Assembly (NCBI GenBank): GCA_963924565.1
Contig: OZ004612.1
Location: 7,192,001 to 7,256,000 of the forward strand
From: Ascidiella aspersa
Taxonomy: Eukaryota
Reading direction: 5' to 3'
DNA: 64,000 bases
A model generated the notes under the pieces. That model worked only from the letters and a program-made list of their open reading frames with translations. It had not been told where the DNA came from and ran no database searches. The translations under genes were made by a program, and so were the position numbers. Shown here piece by piece: positions 1 to 13,800 of this stretch (position 1 is its first letter; every line of letters starts with the position of its first letter).

Positions 1-302
1 TTGGTCTAACAAATGTATTATAAACAGTAAAACTTACAATAGTAATCAAAAGAGTGTGATAAAACCATAACCAACCAATCTTTAGCGAGTTCCATAGAGA
101 TTGTTATTAGATTTCCCTAAAGTTGTATAATAAGCTCCGAAGTTGACATATTGTTGAGTTTGGAGTTTTTTTTTTCAGAAGCTTCATGCTGCTGATTGCT
201 TTCCACACATTCTCTTGACCTTGGGTGTTTACCTATATAATATAAGTCTTAATACGTTAGGGGGTCATATACGTTACGTTATAGGTCCTATATACGTTAG
301 GG

Positions 303-558
303 CAGGGGTTCTTAAACTTTTTTTACCGCGGACCCCTAATTTTTTTTTTTTTTGCTTCATATGGACCCTGTTGGCAAGAAATGTTTGAATCTAACTATAC
401 ATTCAGTGCAAAGCCGTTTAATTTTTAATCAAACTGTTTTTTTTGAAAATTAATTACTTCCTAAATATACACTAGTATTTTAAATAGGCCTTCATGAACT
501 CCCAAAACTATTTCACGGACCCCCAAGGGGTCCATGGACCCCAGTTTAAGAACCCCTC
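303..558. mobile_element. hAT/Charlie-like MITE
   Basis: Terminal inverted repeats CAGGGGTTCTTAAACT (303-318) and AGTTTAAGAACCCCTC (543-558), internal GGACCCC subterminal repeats, degenerate 8-bp TSD cgttaggg/ctttatgg. Confidence 0.8.
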
Positions 559-1377
559 CTTTATGGCGTATACGTAAATAGTTGAGTATGACATATTCGA
601 CTTGTGATTTTCGGTGCACTTTTGCAGCCGTCAAAACAAATAAATTCATAAAATCAATGTTAAGCGGTTTACTGTTGCTAAATACATTGTGTAAATCAGT
701 TGTTAATTCGTTTAATTGTTTCAAAATCCGTGTATATTTTTAATTGCAATATGGGAAATTTAACAAAACACTTTGATCAAAGGAGAAAGTAACACTTATA
801 TATTGTTGTTTGCACACGTTAGTCAATGCTGAAACCCTAATTAAACCTACTATTATTTTACCAAGACCTCTAATTTGGTAACAGCATTATATAAAAACGA
901 CTAGGTGATGCTTGAATTATAAGGTGCAAATTTTATGTTTTACCATCACGTGCAGTGTTATGTCATTCAAAATAGGTAATTATATTTATCCTTATAATTA
1001 AACTGCTCGTAAGTTAAAACTTTGATAGTAACATAAATGACGGATAACCCTTGTAAAGAGAATTGCGTTTAAGCTTTACAGATATTTTTCGATCGCATCA
1101 CGATGTGTCAAATAATTCACAGATTATGTTACTTTTGTGGCTCACGTCAAATTTTGAGTGAGATGATAATGCTCAACTGTGACAGCATAATTACAAGGAA
1201 ATCAACCTTGATTATCGGTTTATTCCAACCTCTTGAGATCAACCTTTCGGGATTATTTTACGTCGAAGGCTATTTTAAGTAATTCTTATACGCCAAATAA
1301 TGCGAACCTCTCGTCAAGCGGCAAGTTATTTTAACTATATGTTTGGCAACGATAGATTAAATGTGTACAGTTCAAAT

Positions 1378-1611
1378 CAGTGATTTTCAAATCGAGTGCC
1401 GCGAAACTTTTTGTAATTAAAACGAATAACCTATTTGTACTTTAAAGGCATGTAGGCTACAAGACAAGAATGTACACCATACAATAAATGACTAATAATC
1501 TGCAGTTATTTGCATATACACGTTATGATAATGGTGTTTTGTAAAAGTTTGCCGCGTCTTGGTTCGGTTTTATTAGTGTGCAAACTGATTATGTATGTTG
1601 GAGAAACATTG
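1378..1611. mobile_element. Degenerate hAT-like MITE remnant
   Basis: Starts CAGTGATTTTCAAA, ends GTTGGAGAAACATTG, with TGCCGCG subterminal motifs near both ends. TSD not convincing. Confidence 0.4.
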
Positions 1612-2559
1612 GTTTATGAATGTGGCGTCGAACTAATGCGCTGTGGAGAAAAACGGAAAACTTGGATCACGTAAACCTTTCTGGTAAAAAGAAATTCGTT
1701 CAGGAAACTAGCAACAATAAAAATATGGAAAACATCAAATGGATTTATTTTACGCAAGTTGGCGACTTAGTGATCACAATTGAATTACCAGAAGATGGCG
1801 CACGAGCGAAGTCACGAAACAATCTCAAATGAAAAAAGTTTAATAGTTCGATAAAAGTTGAAAAGGCGAACCTAGTATAATACACAAAGCATTTTGACTA
1901 AACGACATAAATACGCCTAAACGCAATATATTTTTAAGTAAAAATTTTGGAAAATATATAAAGAAATAAGTTTTTGCATTAAATTTTGTTACCAGTTCGC
2001 AAATGAATATTCTTATATATTTGCGATGTGATGAACTGATTTTGAAATAAAAACTCACTCATCGATCCCAGCACTGTTCCAATATACTCCTGGTTGTTAA
2101 GTTTGGGTCCTAGATTCGTAATTCAATAATACACCAGGCTTAACAACTGCAGAAAAAATCATAATTCAAACCAAATAAACCGTCCCATAGCTGTTTGTGA
2201 TGTCCCAAGACAGCAATATACTCAGATGCATGTCGATACCACAATAAAATATATATTTATAAAAAGGTTTGAAGAATAGGCTAGATTTGGTAAAAAAATC
2301 ATTGACTATGAAAGGTGTATATTGCATTGAAAATTTGTATTGTACTGAGATTTTTTGTTTGTTGTTTTCTGATTGCTTATTGAATGTTTTCACTATTGTG
2401 ACATCTTATGATAGATCCTGCGCGATTCAACAAACGATTCGGCTATGACGAGGTTTGTGGTGAGACGCAGTGTTATAGTGCTAGTTTTTATCGTGGTGTT
2501 AAATCTTAATCGTGACACTTTCAAAAGCGAGTTCCTGTGGAGAATGTCTCGTCCGCTTT

Positions 2560-2837
2560 AGTCGCCCATTACGGCATTTTTCGCAACGCATGGCTGGCGA
2601 CCGCCTATTTAGCTAAGAAGTCCGTCGCGTCGAAGATTATAATGTAGCGACCGCGGAAAATCGGCTTAATAAAGGCAAAGGAACGTGGCAACTTGGCCTG
2701 TGTGATTTTGCCGCTTCCTGATTGGTTGCCGCCGTACAAGGGCTGGGCGAGCTGTGATTGGTCGAACGCGTAGGCCTGTGTTGGGCGTTGCCACACGTAG
2801 CCGTCACATTGTCATCAAAATGTCGTTTTAGCTTAAG
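2560..2837 (+). promoter_or_regulatory. Candidate promoter and non-coding first exon, probably of LARP6
   Basis: CpG-rich island in AT-rich background, two reverse CCAAT boxes (ATTGG at 2721 and 2757, 36 bp apart), ETS-like CTTCCTG, then splice donor AAG|GTATGA at 2837/2838. Confidence 0.45.
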
Positions 2838-3161
2838 GTATGAGCAAGATGGTGGGTAGTAAGTTATTATTAATGAAGAAACTTGTTTTTTAGTAGCACT
2901 CTCATGAGACTATTGTGCACAAATGGAGTGGAATTCGGCATTTTAACTCAAAATGCGGAAATTCAACAGACTTGAATGATTGGTACGAAAACTTAGCATC
3001 GTTATCATATTGTTTTAGCAGGTTCTTGTTCGAGGAATTTGTAGAAACTTGCTTGTTATACGTGCTTATCTGATAGAACACGAAAACAATCAAAAACGAT
3101 TTGCTTATAGTTTACAAGCAAACTCACCACATGTTAGCTTTATGTTTTGGTATAACTAACG

Positions 3162-3202
3162 TTTAGTATAACTAATTATGCAATTTAGTATAACTAATTA
3201 TG
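3162..3202. repeat. Short tandem duplication (tttagtataactaattatg x2)
   Basis: Direct repeat visible in the sequence. Confidence 0.7.
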
Positions 3203-6200
3203 TAGTACATAGGTAAATCGTTTTATTTTAAATCCAAATATGGAACTACCACAAAGTGCTAATAACATAAGAGTGATTTTTACCTAATTTAATTTTTGTT
3301 ATTTGTCAACAAGTTATCTAACATTTCTAACGCCTAATTGACCAATAAAGATTAAAAAGCATAATTTTAAACAGATATTTCACCAGTTTTTTTTTACAAC
3401 TTCGAAAAAAACTGCCTCCCCAAACTGTTTGCTTGGAACAAGAATCCCGTGGAATGTCTTTTGATGTATTATTTTATAATGGTAATTAACTAGTAACGAC
3501 GCAATCATTTTCGCGCTGGTGCTTTGGGCGTCGGGCGCAAGGCAGGAGCCATAAAAAACTCGGGATCCATTGTTTCCCGGTGTTTGTTGCCTTTCACCGC
3601 CGCCTAATCTCCCGATCAACATTATCCTCAAAGCCGCTCCTTCGGCTTTGCCCTTATAAACTCTGTGAAGCGGCGGCACGAACGGCCAGCTTAGAAGACC
3701 ATTTGGAAAGAGGCCGGCCCCTTTTTGGCCGTATTTTTCTGCTTTTTTCACCAAATGAGGACGAAAATGACAAAAATATGGTCAAATATCGTAAAAGGCT
3801 GTTGCTAAATTGCCCTTATGGACAGGATTGTGTCTAACAAATGGCCGAGCGCTTTTAGAAGTGCCTTTAAAATGGGCCAAGCAATTTTTTGGGCCGATAA
3901 TGATCGCACCTGCAAGCCCCTCTTTACAAAACAAAGGCGGTCGTTTAATTCGCGCAAGGCTGGGAGACTAGGTCAATCAATGGCCCCGAGCTGTTATGCT
4001 CGAGCTTACCGTGTTATGGCAAACCGTTGTTGAGCCATCATCGTGAAATCGCTCTGTTGTTGGAGAAAAACCGTAAAAAAATCGTCGGCGACGAACGGCG
4101 AACTTTTGGGCTGCTATAGGCCGTTTATTGAGGTCTGTGCCATGTTTGGCATTTTTTCGTTCTTATCAGATTTTTCGAGGACCTAACGCTGTTATAATCA
4201 CCATTTGTGGGTGTCACATGGTGTTTTAAGTGGTGCCGGGGTGTGGGAAAAATTTGTACCTTAAGACTTGGGTTCTTATACTAAGAATTCATTTGAGCAT
4301 CCAAAACGCACCTTTTACTTGAATATATTTGGTGTATCTTTGCACCAAATATAGGCACTTGCAATTTACCACATTTGTTAATGTGTACCGGTTTTACGTC
4401 GTCGAAGGATTATCGACAAATCACATACGTAATGTGCGTCTATAGTCAAGTCCCCAAGTCAGTATAAAGAGAAAATATATTTCACGGCGTCCGTGCGTGA
4501 TGTACCGGCATGTGATTATACGACGACATTAAATTGGAAAGTTTCCCAATTGGGTGAACAAAAAATTGTGGAATTCGTCCAACCACACCGAAAATTATTT
4601 AAAACTTGAATGCCAAATGTTCGTGAGTCAATATTTACATGTTTCACGATGTACGATTAGCATCTCTGAATACATTTTTGTACATTATACTCAGTAGCTC
4701 AAAAACACTTTTCGTTTATCGGGATACGTGCAAGTAAACAGGCTTCACTTTTGTGTAATAGACAAGCCAGGCTTTCACGTACACAGCCATAGGTTTGTTG
4801 TAGATAAGTTAACAAGACGATTAAAAGACCTCATAAGGCAGTTTACAGGGTTCGTCGGGCGGATAAACCGCGTTAAGGCCACGGCGCAATTTAAAAGGTC
4901 TCTTCTCTTCTGTTAACGACATGAAACGGCGCTTTTCGTCGGGTATTTTCGCCTTTCTAAAACAAAATAACCCGGTGCCCTTCTATAGTTTCTAAACATT
5001 TACAGAAGGGGACACAGGTCCGATTTTGACTTCATAACAACAATGCTCCTAAACTAGACTATATTGCATTTAATAAGAGTGTATGTTGTGGTAAAATTAC
5101 CTAAACATATACGTTAATCAGGTAAATTCTAAATTTTTATGTTATTTTGAATTATGTTATTGAAATTTAATGTGATAAACAAACTGTTTTAATAAATAGT
5201 AGGTATATCGAATTGTTGAAAAACCTCGTGGAAGTTCAGTATGGAAAATCCAATTTAATTGCATGTGGTATACTTGTCAGTTTATTTTGTCGTGTTTTAG
5301 TTGAATTTACTCGACTACCGCGAAAGGCTTCAGTTTAAACGTTTCCAAAACTATAAAATCGTCGAAGTTTTCAGGGCGAAACATTCATCGGAACGAACTC
5401 GCTCGGAAACTAGGCGTACCGCACGCATTTCCCAACCCTAACAGAAAAAAAACGTGTCATTAAGGGCTAAGCAGGGCGGCTATTATATCCAAGCAACCAA
5501 CACCCTGACCAGAATATACGTCACACAACGTAGTTCCCTGTGTTAAAGATACTGATGAAAGCCGCAGCGAAATTGAGAACCAAGTCCCGATTTAACGACA
5601 CGAGACGAAGACTTATCGCTAGCTCTCACGAACCCGATCGCTTAATCCACGTTGTGACGTCACACAAGAGTTTGGCGGATGCGGTTTGGTGTTGCGCGCG
5701 CAACTTGTGCCCCGGGCAACCGCTCAGGGGAATCCTGGCCTACTTAATCGCAGGTTTGGGGCAACGCTAAGCCGCTCTACCTACAGAGGCCGATGGTGCT
5801 GGTAAACTGATGAAGATCTTTGGCTCAGTTAAGGCGCTTTGGTTTAAACTCTCTGTGTGTGCGTTTAACTTGCGTTTTGTGCGAAAACTGAGTTGAGTTG
5901 TTTTGTGTATGTGTGTTTATGGGCAAAATATTTTAGGCGAGGTATTCTTTTTCGGTTTGTTCGTGTACTCTTACCTACGATTCTTTAATATAACAATAGC
6001 TAAAATATCGGTTCAAGCGCCTTATCTTAAAGGTCTGGCAGTTTTTTTTTGTCTCGTACATTAACGACGTTAAAATAATAATATAGAAATTTAAATATTG
6101 CCTAAATTATACGCATCATGAGTGGAATATAAATGTTTTAAACAAATAATCAACCGTTTTCATTCGAAAAAGTAATTTTGAAACCTATAGACATAACAAT

Positions 6201-7862
6201 TGCTTGGTCGGCTTTGCTTTGTTTTCCTGATTTGCCTTGGCTTCCAATATTTTATATTGTTCACAATCTACAAGTGTAGAGACTGCTTTGATTTCAGGCT
6301 TGTTTAACAATTTAGTTTTAACGTTACCCGTAGCAATTACAGCTTGACTTAAATAGATTTAAGACACCGAATAAGGATGACAGTTGCTTTATTTTAAAAT
6401 CCTATACAATCTATGTTTTTCCGCGTATTAAGGATTTTGCTCATTAAACTTGTACAAATTTAAGGTGACTCACTGTGTTTTTGTTGCGATAGGACTCCAG
6501 GGGTTGTCTATAAAAATACAATCCCGCCTTAAGCTCCATCAATTATTGATGTGATCTCGAGACTACGATAGGTTCGTTCAGGTGCAATTATCGATCGAAC
6601 CGGAAGCATTGACATAATGGATGGACGCTTCTACCGCGAAAATCCTAATGCGGCTCGTAATCAATTCAGCGCGTTGCAAAGAATAGAAGGCTCTCAAGTT
6701 CATTGGCGACCTGGCAAATTGGGAGAGGCCGAGAGATATAGAACGAACGTTGCAGGGGAGCTGGGATTTTCGTCGGCTGCGGGTTCACTGAATAGAAGTG
6801 CGCCCTAATGAGCGTTAGAAGGCCGAGCGGCCGCAACGTGACAATAAAGAGAGTTCTCTTCTCTTAGTTGTTGCTGCTTACGGCGGCTCCCTTTTCGCGC
6901 AAGAGCAAGCACCTACTAATTTCGTTTCAATCTTTAGTCCTTTTGTATGTAAATGCCCGGGCCGGCGATTTGCGTTCTATTCACTCGACCGTCGGTTGTA
7001 AATGAGCGCTGATGATTATTTTTTCTCCTTATGCTAGCAAAGCAACGCCTCGGCCCTCCAGTGGCGCTCTTTCGTATAAGGGCCGCTTCACCTGAGGCAT
7101 GGTTGCCATTCGATATGAAACATCACCGGATAAGGTGCTACGGAAAATAAAGCGACAAGTGTTTTCCTGGTGGTTCTTTTGTATCTTGTGCCGGTGACTT
7201 CAAATTCATAGAAAGAAAGGATTTTCAAGCGTTTCAGTGTAAAAAACTTTGGCGTGTCAACGTCTCGGTGATGAGTGCATTCGAAGACAGAGTTGCTAGA
7301 AGGTTATATTCAGTTACCATGTTGTCTCACGAAATGCAGTTCAGCCTAGCTGTCTTAAGGATTACATCTTCTAAGTCCTTCTTAAGTAAGATACCTTCCG
7401 AAAATTTTACTGCTTTTACAACCTATTGTAGAACAATAATAAGGTAAACAAGCACGAAGAGAAATCAAGAGGTACTTCTTATACTGAAGCCATGTCAGCG
7501 CTGCTGTTTTTAAATGACGAAGTGGTTCACCATTTGCAGTTTAAAACATCAATTGGCAGTTGTATCAAAATAAATCACTCTTTCACTCAAGCATATATGG
7601 CGTGTATTTTGTGCCGGACGAACAGTGATTGAATTAGTGACAGAAGTTTAATGTTTTATGTTTGCTTGATTTACGATTTGCCATTCGAAATTAATCATTT
7701 TGCCTAATTAATATAAATAGATATATATGTTTAAAAATAATATCGTTGCTTGTAGGAACCTACTTCACATGCCATATCGTTTTGGATATGTGTTAAAGCA
7801 CTAGCATCCATAGCTCATATATAGAATTTCCGTTAGTTATTGTTGTTCTATTCGTTCTTTCC

Positions 7863-10800
7863 ATGCGCAAAGCCAACGCCTCAAGAATGCAAGTCGCCGC
7901 CAGCCAATCCTATTACGCCGACGCGGGAAAGGTGAGATAGCAATTGTGGGTTCGCGACCCCGTGAGTTTGTTGTTGAAATTTTGTCGTTGTGTACACTTG
8001 CACGCTAAGGGTTTCCAGTAACGTTTGGGACAAAAAAAAATTTTGAAAATCCGCCGAGTTTTTACTTTTATTGCATTTGATACAAAAACTACGGTGTATT
8101 TTTTTCTAAACTTGCGATAGTGATTTAAACGTGGCACTTAAATAAGACCAAAAAAGTGATGCCGTAAACAATATTTTTTTTCCTTTTATGACATCGCATG
8201 TTGACAAGGAAAAATCGTTTTCCCTGAACAATATTTAAAAAAATGTTTTCACTTAAGTACATAGCTTCTTTATAGCATAAAATAATAAAAAGCGTAGGTC
8301 AAGCTAACTATAACATTTCCATTTTTTAGTTTCCCCACCCAATGTCCAGTGGCCCCTACATGGTCCCCCAAGCCTGCGTTCCGCCCCAGGGGGTCACCTG
8401 GGTCCAACAGTACGTCAACGGCACCCCTATGCTTGTTCCGATGTATCCAGGTAAGCAGCAACAAACAAAATAGGAATAGCAATTGATGCCAGTTAAGATG
8501 AGATTAAACAGTGAACTATTCGTATTAGCATGACATTCCATAAAACGCTGTAGAGATTCGTCTTTTTATAGATTCAAAGTAAATTCTGTTTAGTTGTTGA
8601 AAAATGTACGATGCTTGACTTTTGTCGAGTAGGACCCTTGAATTTATAAAGCCGGGCAAATGCTTTGCCTAATTGGTCAGTGGGCGTGAATTCCACCGAC
8701 TGTTTAGCGTTCGGGCCCACACAAGAGTACGTTGAACTTTAGGGAATGTAAAATATGAAGATTATAAAAATCGATATCTTGGTTCTGAAAACTGATAATC
8801 GCTTCATTCATTCTCTGCCTGAACTCTGAGGCGATGTTGATGTTGTTTTCCTTCAAATCCGCTACATTGTGACGTCATAGCCGCAAGATATCGCCTCGTG
8901 GCGAATGCCTGCGACGTCACGATTTAGGCTTGTCTATCTAAGTTGGCGGTTTGATGGCGCCCGAGGGCAAATGCAGGAAATATTTTCTCGGTTTTGCGTA
9001 ATGCGTAAGCGCACGAACTTGTCTTCGGCTATCATTGGATTGTGATCGTGCCGAAAAAACAATTTCGGAAATTATTCGAAAGAGTTGGAAAATTGCCGTT
9101 CGTCCAGCGCAATTTTCTGCACATTATTCACGCATGGTAATACACTCGCGTGTTTTCCGTGCGTCTTCAATTGGAAATTTGCAATTTTCTGCAATTTTCG
9201 TTGCCAAAGAAAAGTAAATTCACATGCGCTTTTATTGGCTTTAAAAATAAATAGTCGGAGATAATGGGAAAAAGTTAGTGCTTATCGTACAGTTATTGTA
9301 GGGAAACGATGTTATTGGTTTAATTTTAAACACATTTTGAGTTTATTACCTCTGTCCACATTTTAGGTGATTTTGAAACCACCAAGCCGACCGTTTAATC
9401 TACACATGCGCATGCACTTCCTTTAAGTTTTCCCAGCCTAAGGGCTCTAAAGTTCAAATGTTTCGTTTCCATATTATACTACACTTGCGAATACGACCGC
9501 GTGTTTCCAAGAGAAAGTGAATCACGCCTTGCATCGAAACATAGAAGAAAAGCGACAAAGCACTTTCGTGGTAAAACCTTTTCGATGTTAAATCCGACTT
9601 TCAACATGTCATTTCAACATCGCCGAAGGGTATTAGATGTCAAGTTTTAGCACGAAAACTCGCAGGTTTCCAAAGTCAATTGAGGGACTTCGAAGGAAGA
9701 GACAGTTTCCTGGAACGTTTCAGATTCCTACATTTACTAAATTTCGCTTGGCATTGGTTTACGACGTATCTTTTTTCCTGGAAATCTTTCTTTAAATTTA
9801 AAAAGAAAACTTCCAATGAATTAACATCCGAGGATTAAACGATGATCATTTCTAAATATAATCCACGAATATTTAAACTCCTCTTTAAGTTGCTTTAATT
9901 TAACCGCATTTAATTTGTTTACTCGAGTTATTTTTGTAAGGCAACCTTTATTAAGTGTGATTGAGAGTCCTAAACTATTAAGTCCATAAATTTATGTTGA
10001 TCACGTTTTCAATTGCCCAAGCAATTAGCAAACATACAACTAAAATAGCATTTGTTTAATCTTCAACTCATGAATCGAAATCCCTCTTAATTACTTACCT
10101 CTATATTTTGAACAAACTGGACACTTAGCGCTAAAACAAACCGAAATCTGTCTTAATCGCTTGAATATACAACCCTTTCGGTTGCGATGTCCACAAATAA
10201 TTCGGTAATTGATGGAGTAATTAGCTGGGAAAGCAAACAAAAGTAAATGTGCAAAATAAATCGGTGAGAAGAACCGAGCCGAGTTGGTCCACTTTAAAAT
10301 GTCGAGATTTTGTCAAATCATGTAACAAATGCGATTTTAAGCCAAAGTTTGAGAATTAAACGTTGCATTAAAGTTAATTTGGTGAACGCGTGTCCGTCGC
10401 TGATTTGCTGTTTTTTGCCCTGTATGGTATTATCAATCTTATTTATCTGACAAAATGTTTGCCATACCTAATTAAAGTGATATTTACGCCAGAAACGAAC
10501 GTATATCCTCAATCCACTTTCTCATGGATGTGTCTGCATTTTTAGACGTGACCTACTTCCTTAATGATGCTGGGAAGTTGTAGGGTCAGTGGATGCCCAA
10601 TTAGGATGTTGATGCGTTGTCCAAGCGTAATAAGCCCGTGCCAGTGACAAACTGCCACTCCCAAAAAGTGTACGTGGACTAGACCGCGGCTGTTAACTCT
10701 AACTCGACAACCAGTAATTTGTCCCCCAATCAGTCTCGATTTGTGATCGCAATTAAGGCGCTTTTAATTTCCTAACACCGCCTATCAAGGCTAAACGGAG

Positions 10801-13800
10801 CCTAGTATCTCCACCATTAGGGAAACCGTAATTGCTGGACAACGCATTGTCGGACTTAGCCGTTGCAAAAGTGACCCCATACCGCCATAAAGGCGTGCGT
10901 TGATGCCCAGTGTATGACGTTTGCACCATTGCGCAATGCTGGTGACGCGAGTTCATCTTTGTCTGGTTTGATCAACAACAACAACATAGAGGTCTTACAA
11001 CGACTGTTATATGGTCGTGGAGTTACCGGGGTCGCGAACCTAATACGATCCTACAATCGTAATCAGGACTCGCATTAATGGCCGCGATTTAATTGTGGCC
11101 GAACCGTTAATTTTTTATCGTAAGGAACATTCAAGTGTCCTCAAGTCACACTAAGTTATACCGCCTTTAACAAAATGTAACCGCCATGGACGGATAATTA
11201 TTTGACCATGGTTATCACTTAGGTTTGTTACACTTGTAAATAAATTACTGTATTTAAACTATTTCCACTTTTAATACACAGTTGTACTTTCAGTCTATTA
11301 ATTGTAAAATAGTGAACTGTACACGGTTTTCAATCTTTTATTTGATTTTATGCATCTATAACTCCATTTTTTTTAGTTGCTCCAGCGCCTCCAATGCCCT
11401 ACTACCAGGCTCCTGTATACTACAACACTAACACAAGCAACAGCCCAGCATCCCGCCAGCCAATCAGCTACGACAATTACCAGCAGCAACAGCATGTGCC
11501 TGCCGGTCAGCAGAGCTTCGCACAACCCTTGTCCAATGCCAGGCAGCCGATCCTTAACAATAGTCATAACAGCAAGCGAACCATCTCGACCACATCCAGC
11601 GTTTTTTCTGGATCAAGCTTCTTGCCTTCGCTCGACGAAAACTGCGTCAATATGCACAAGGTAAAACTGCCAAATGTTTAGATAAAGAAGTACACATATT
11701 TAAAAATTAAGAACTTTTTGTCAGTAATAGGCTCTTGACAAAAGTTAGGCAAAACCATTTTGTGTAAATGTTGCCTATTACTATGTGAACTCCCAAGGTT
11801 TTCACCATGATGAGTTAAAGCAATGCACAATAAAGCCGGCCGTTCTCTTCTATCATACCAAAACCGATATGTTCAAGAATTTGAAACACGTGCCATCATA
11901 AAACCGCCATCTAAACAACGTCCATGAACTGTGAATCACTGCCGACATTAAGTGACTGCCTACAAACATATTCAATCAATTAGGGCCTTTCCACCAAATT
12001 TGTCTTGGTGTTGGTGGGGTATATACCATGGATTGTCGTACTGTTGAATTGATTGTGGTACAGTTCACTTCGAAAAGTACATCTTCCAAATCCTTGTAAA
12101 ACGCAATACATATGGATACTAATAAGTGTTTTCTACTATTAATCAAAAGTGTTTGCGATAATCGTTGAGCACAGTTTTTCGTTTGTTCATGCCTATATCC
12201 TATTTATGCATCGAACTACGCAAGCTTATATAAGGTTCGTGCTTAATTATGTTTGACCACAAGCGGGACATTAAACGACCTCTAACCTTGGTGTGTGGCC
12301 GTCACTCATAGCGCGTAAAGACAAATGTCAACTGCGAATGAGACAAGGTTATGGGATCACAATTTGTATTGACCATAAAGAAATTATAAAACGATTTAAC
12401 TCAACAATAGTGCGTCGTAACAATTCAAAAAATCCTATGAGCTTTTTTATTTATTTTAATAAGCTATAAAACTATAAGTAAAACTGTTAAACTGATATCC
12501 TAGTAATAACCGAAAACAATTGTATTCAACGAGTCAAAAGAGCGACAGCAGTATTCTATCAAAGTTTTTTTTTTCGTACACATACCGCTGACATTCCATA
12601 CTTTATTTAATGTATATTTGCCAGGATTAGGAGGGCGTAGCCTTTTCAAGTGTATACATTTATATTGGCACGCAAACTTAATTGTTTGTATTCGATGTCA
12701 ACCTAACCACCGGTACAGGAAATTCCGGTCGGCTTGCAGTTTTGCATGCTGACATGCACTCAGCACTGCATTACAAGCAAATTAAGCTCGCGTTGGGCAC
12801 GATGCGCCTTTGAGAGGTCGGTCTTTTTTCGGCTTTGTGATGCAAACTTTGCAGACTGGGTTTCCGCGTGGTATTACCCGATCAGTGTTGTGGCAATGAT
12901 AAACATTGCGCTGATCATCGGCAAAGTCTTGTGTCAAAGCCATACGGCCCCACGGATCGCGTTCTTCGAGCTTCATTGTTCGCGGTTAATCTGTTGCCAT
13001 CTCAAACACTTTTCCTCTTTTTTAAGAGAAGATATCCTTGCGAGGTCGACCTCACCACATGCCATCGTAACAATAGTGTAAACGCGCACTGAAAGTTGTA
13101 GGCCATTACCGTAAACACATTTTAATTTGACGTAGTCATTGGTTGATGTCCAAGTATGTGTCGGAAATGTTGTCTTTAAAAAAAACTATACGCTGAACTT
13201 ATATTAAATAATACACTGCGTTCACTAAATGCTGTGCATTTGGCCAGAGCATTTACATACTTGTGCCTTTCAATAGAACTTGGACCAGAGCGTTACACTT
13301 AAAACTTCCATTAGTATTAAGGTATAGTGGACGCTAAAATATTTTCCAAAACAACGAAATAGAAATTTTGTTACGCAACTACAGTATCGCAAAATGACGT
13401 TACTTAAAATCTTTTTTCTCGAATTTTTTAGAGTCACGTCATCAACACGCCGTTCCGCCCCTTCAAGCGCGAAATAATGCGGTACGAGAGCGCCGACAGC
13501 GGAATCGCGGAATCTCCCCCATCAGTGACGTCACCAACCTGGAGCGGTGACGATCTCTCTTCACTTGACTCCGATGACGCGAGAAGGACCAGCGACTCGT
13601 CTGATTCTTACAAGGTTCGTTTTGTTTTACTTTTATGCGTCTTTACAGGGCGTTTAGGAGGATAAATTAACGGAAATTAATATACTCGTAACAAGAGGTT
13701 AACACTTGCAGTTTTACTTTTATTTTGCATCGATAATAACGATTCCAATTTATTTTTGGTAGGCAATAAAATACGGATATATATATATCCTAGTATCTTT

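Noticed and set aside
461-7000. Short ORFs in the ORF track upstream of LARP6 (e.g. 3380-3754, 3580-3837, 5540-5770)
   Set aside because: No recognisable domains or consistent exon chain; many use non-ATG starts; 461-724 overlaps a MITE.
13432-13470. PAM2-like motif SHVINTPFRP in LARP6
   Set aside because: Only the FxP matches; the L and A positions of the PAM2 consensus are missing.
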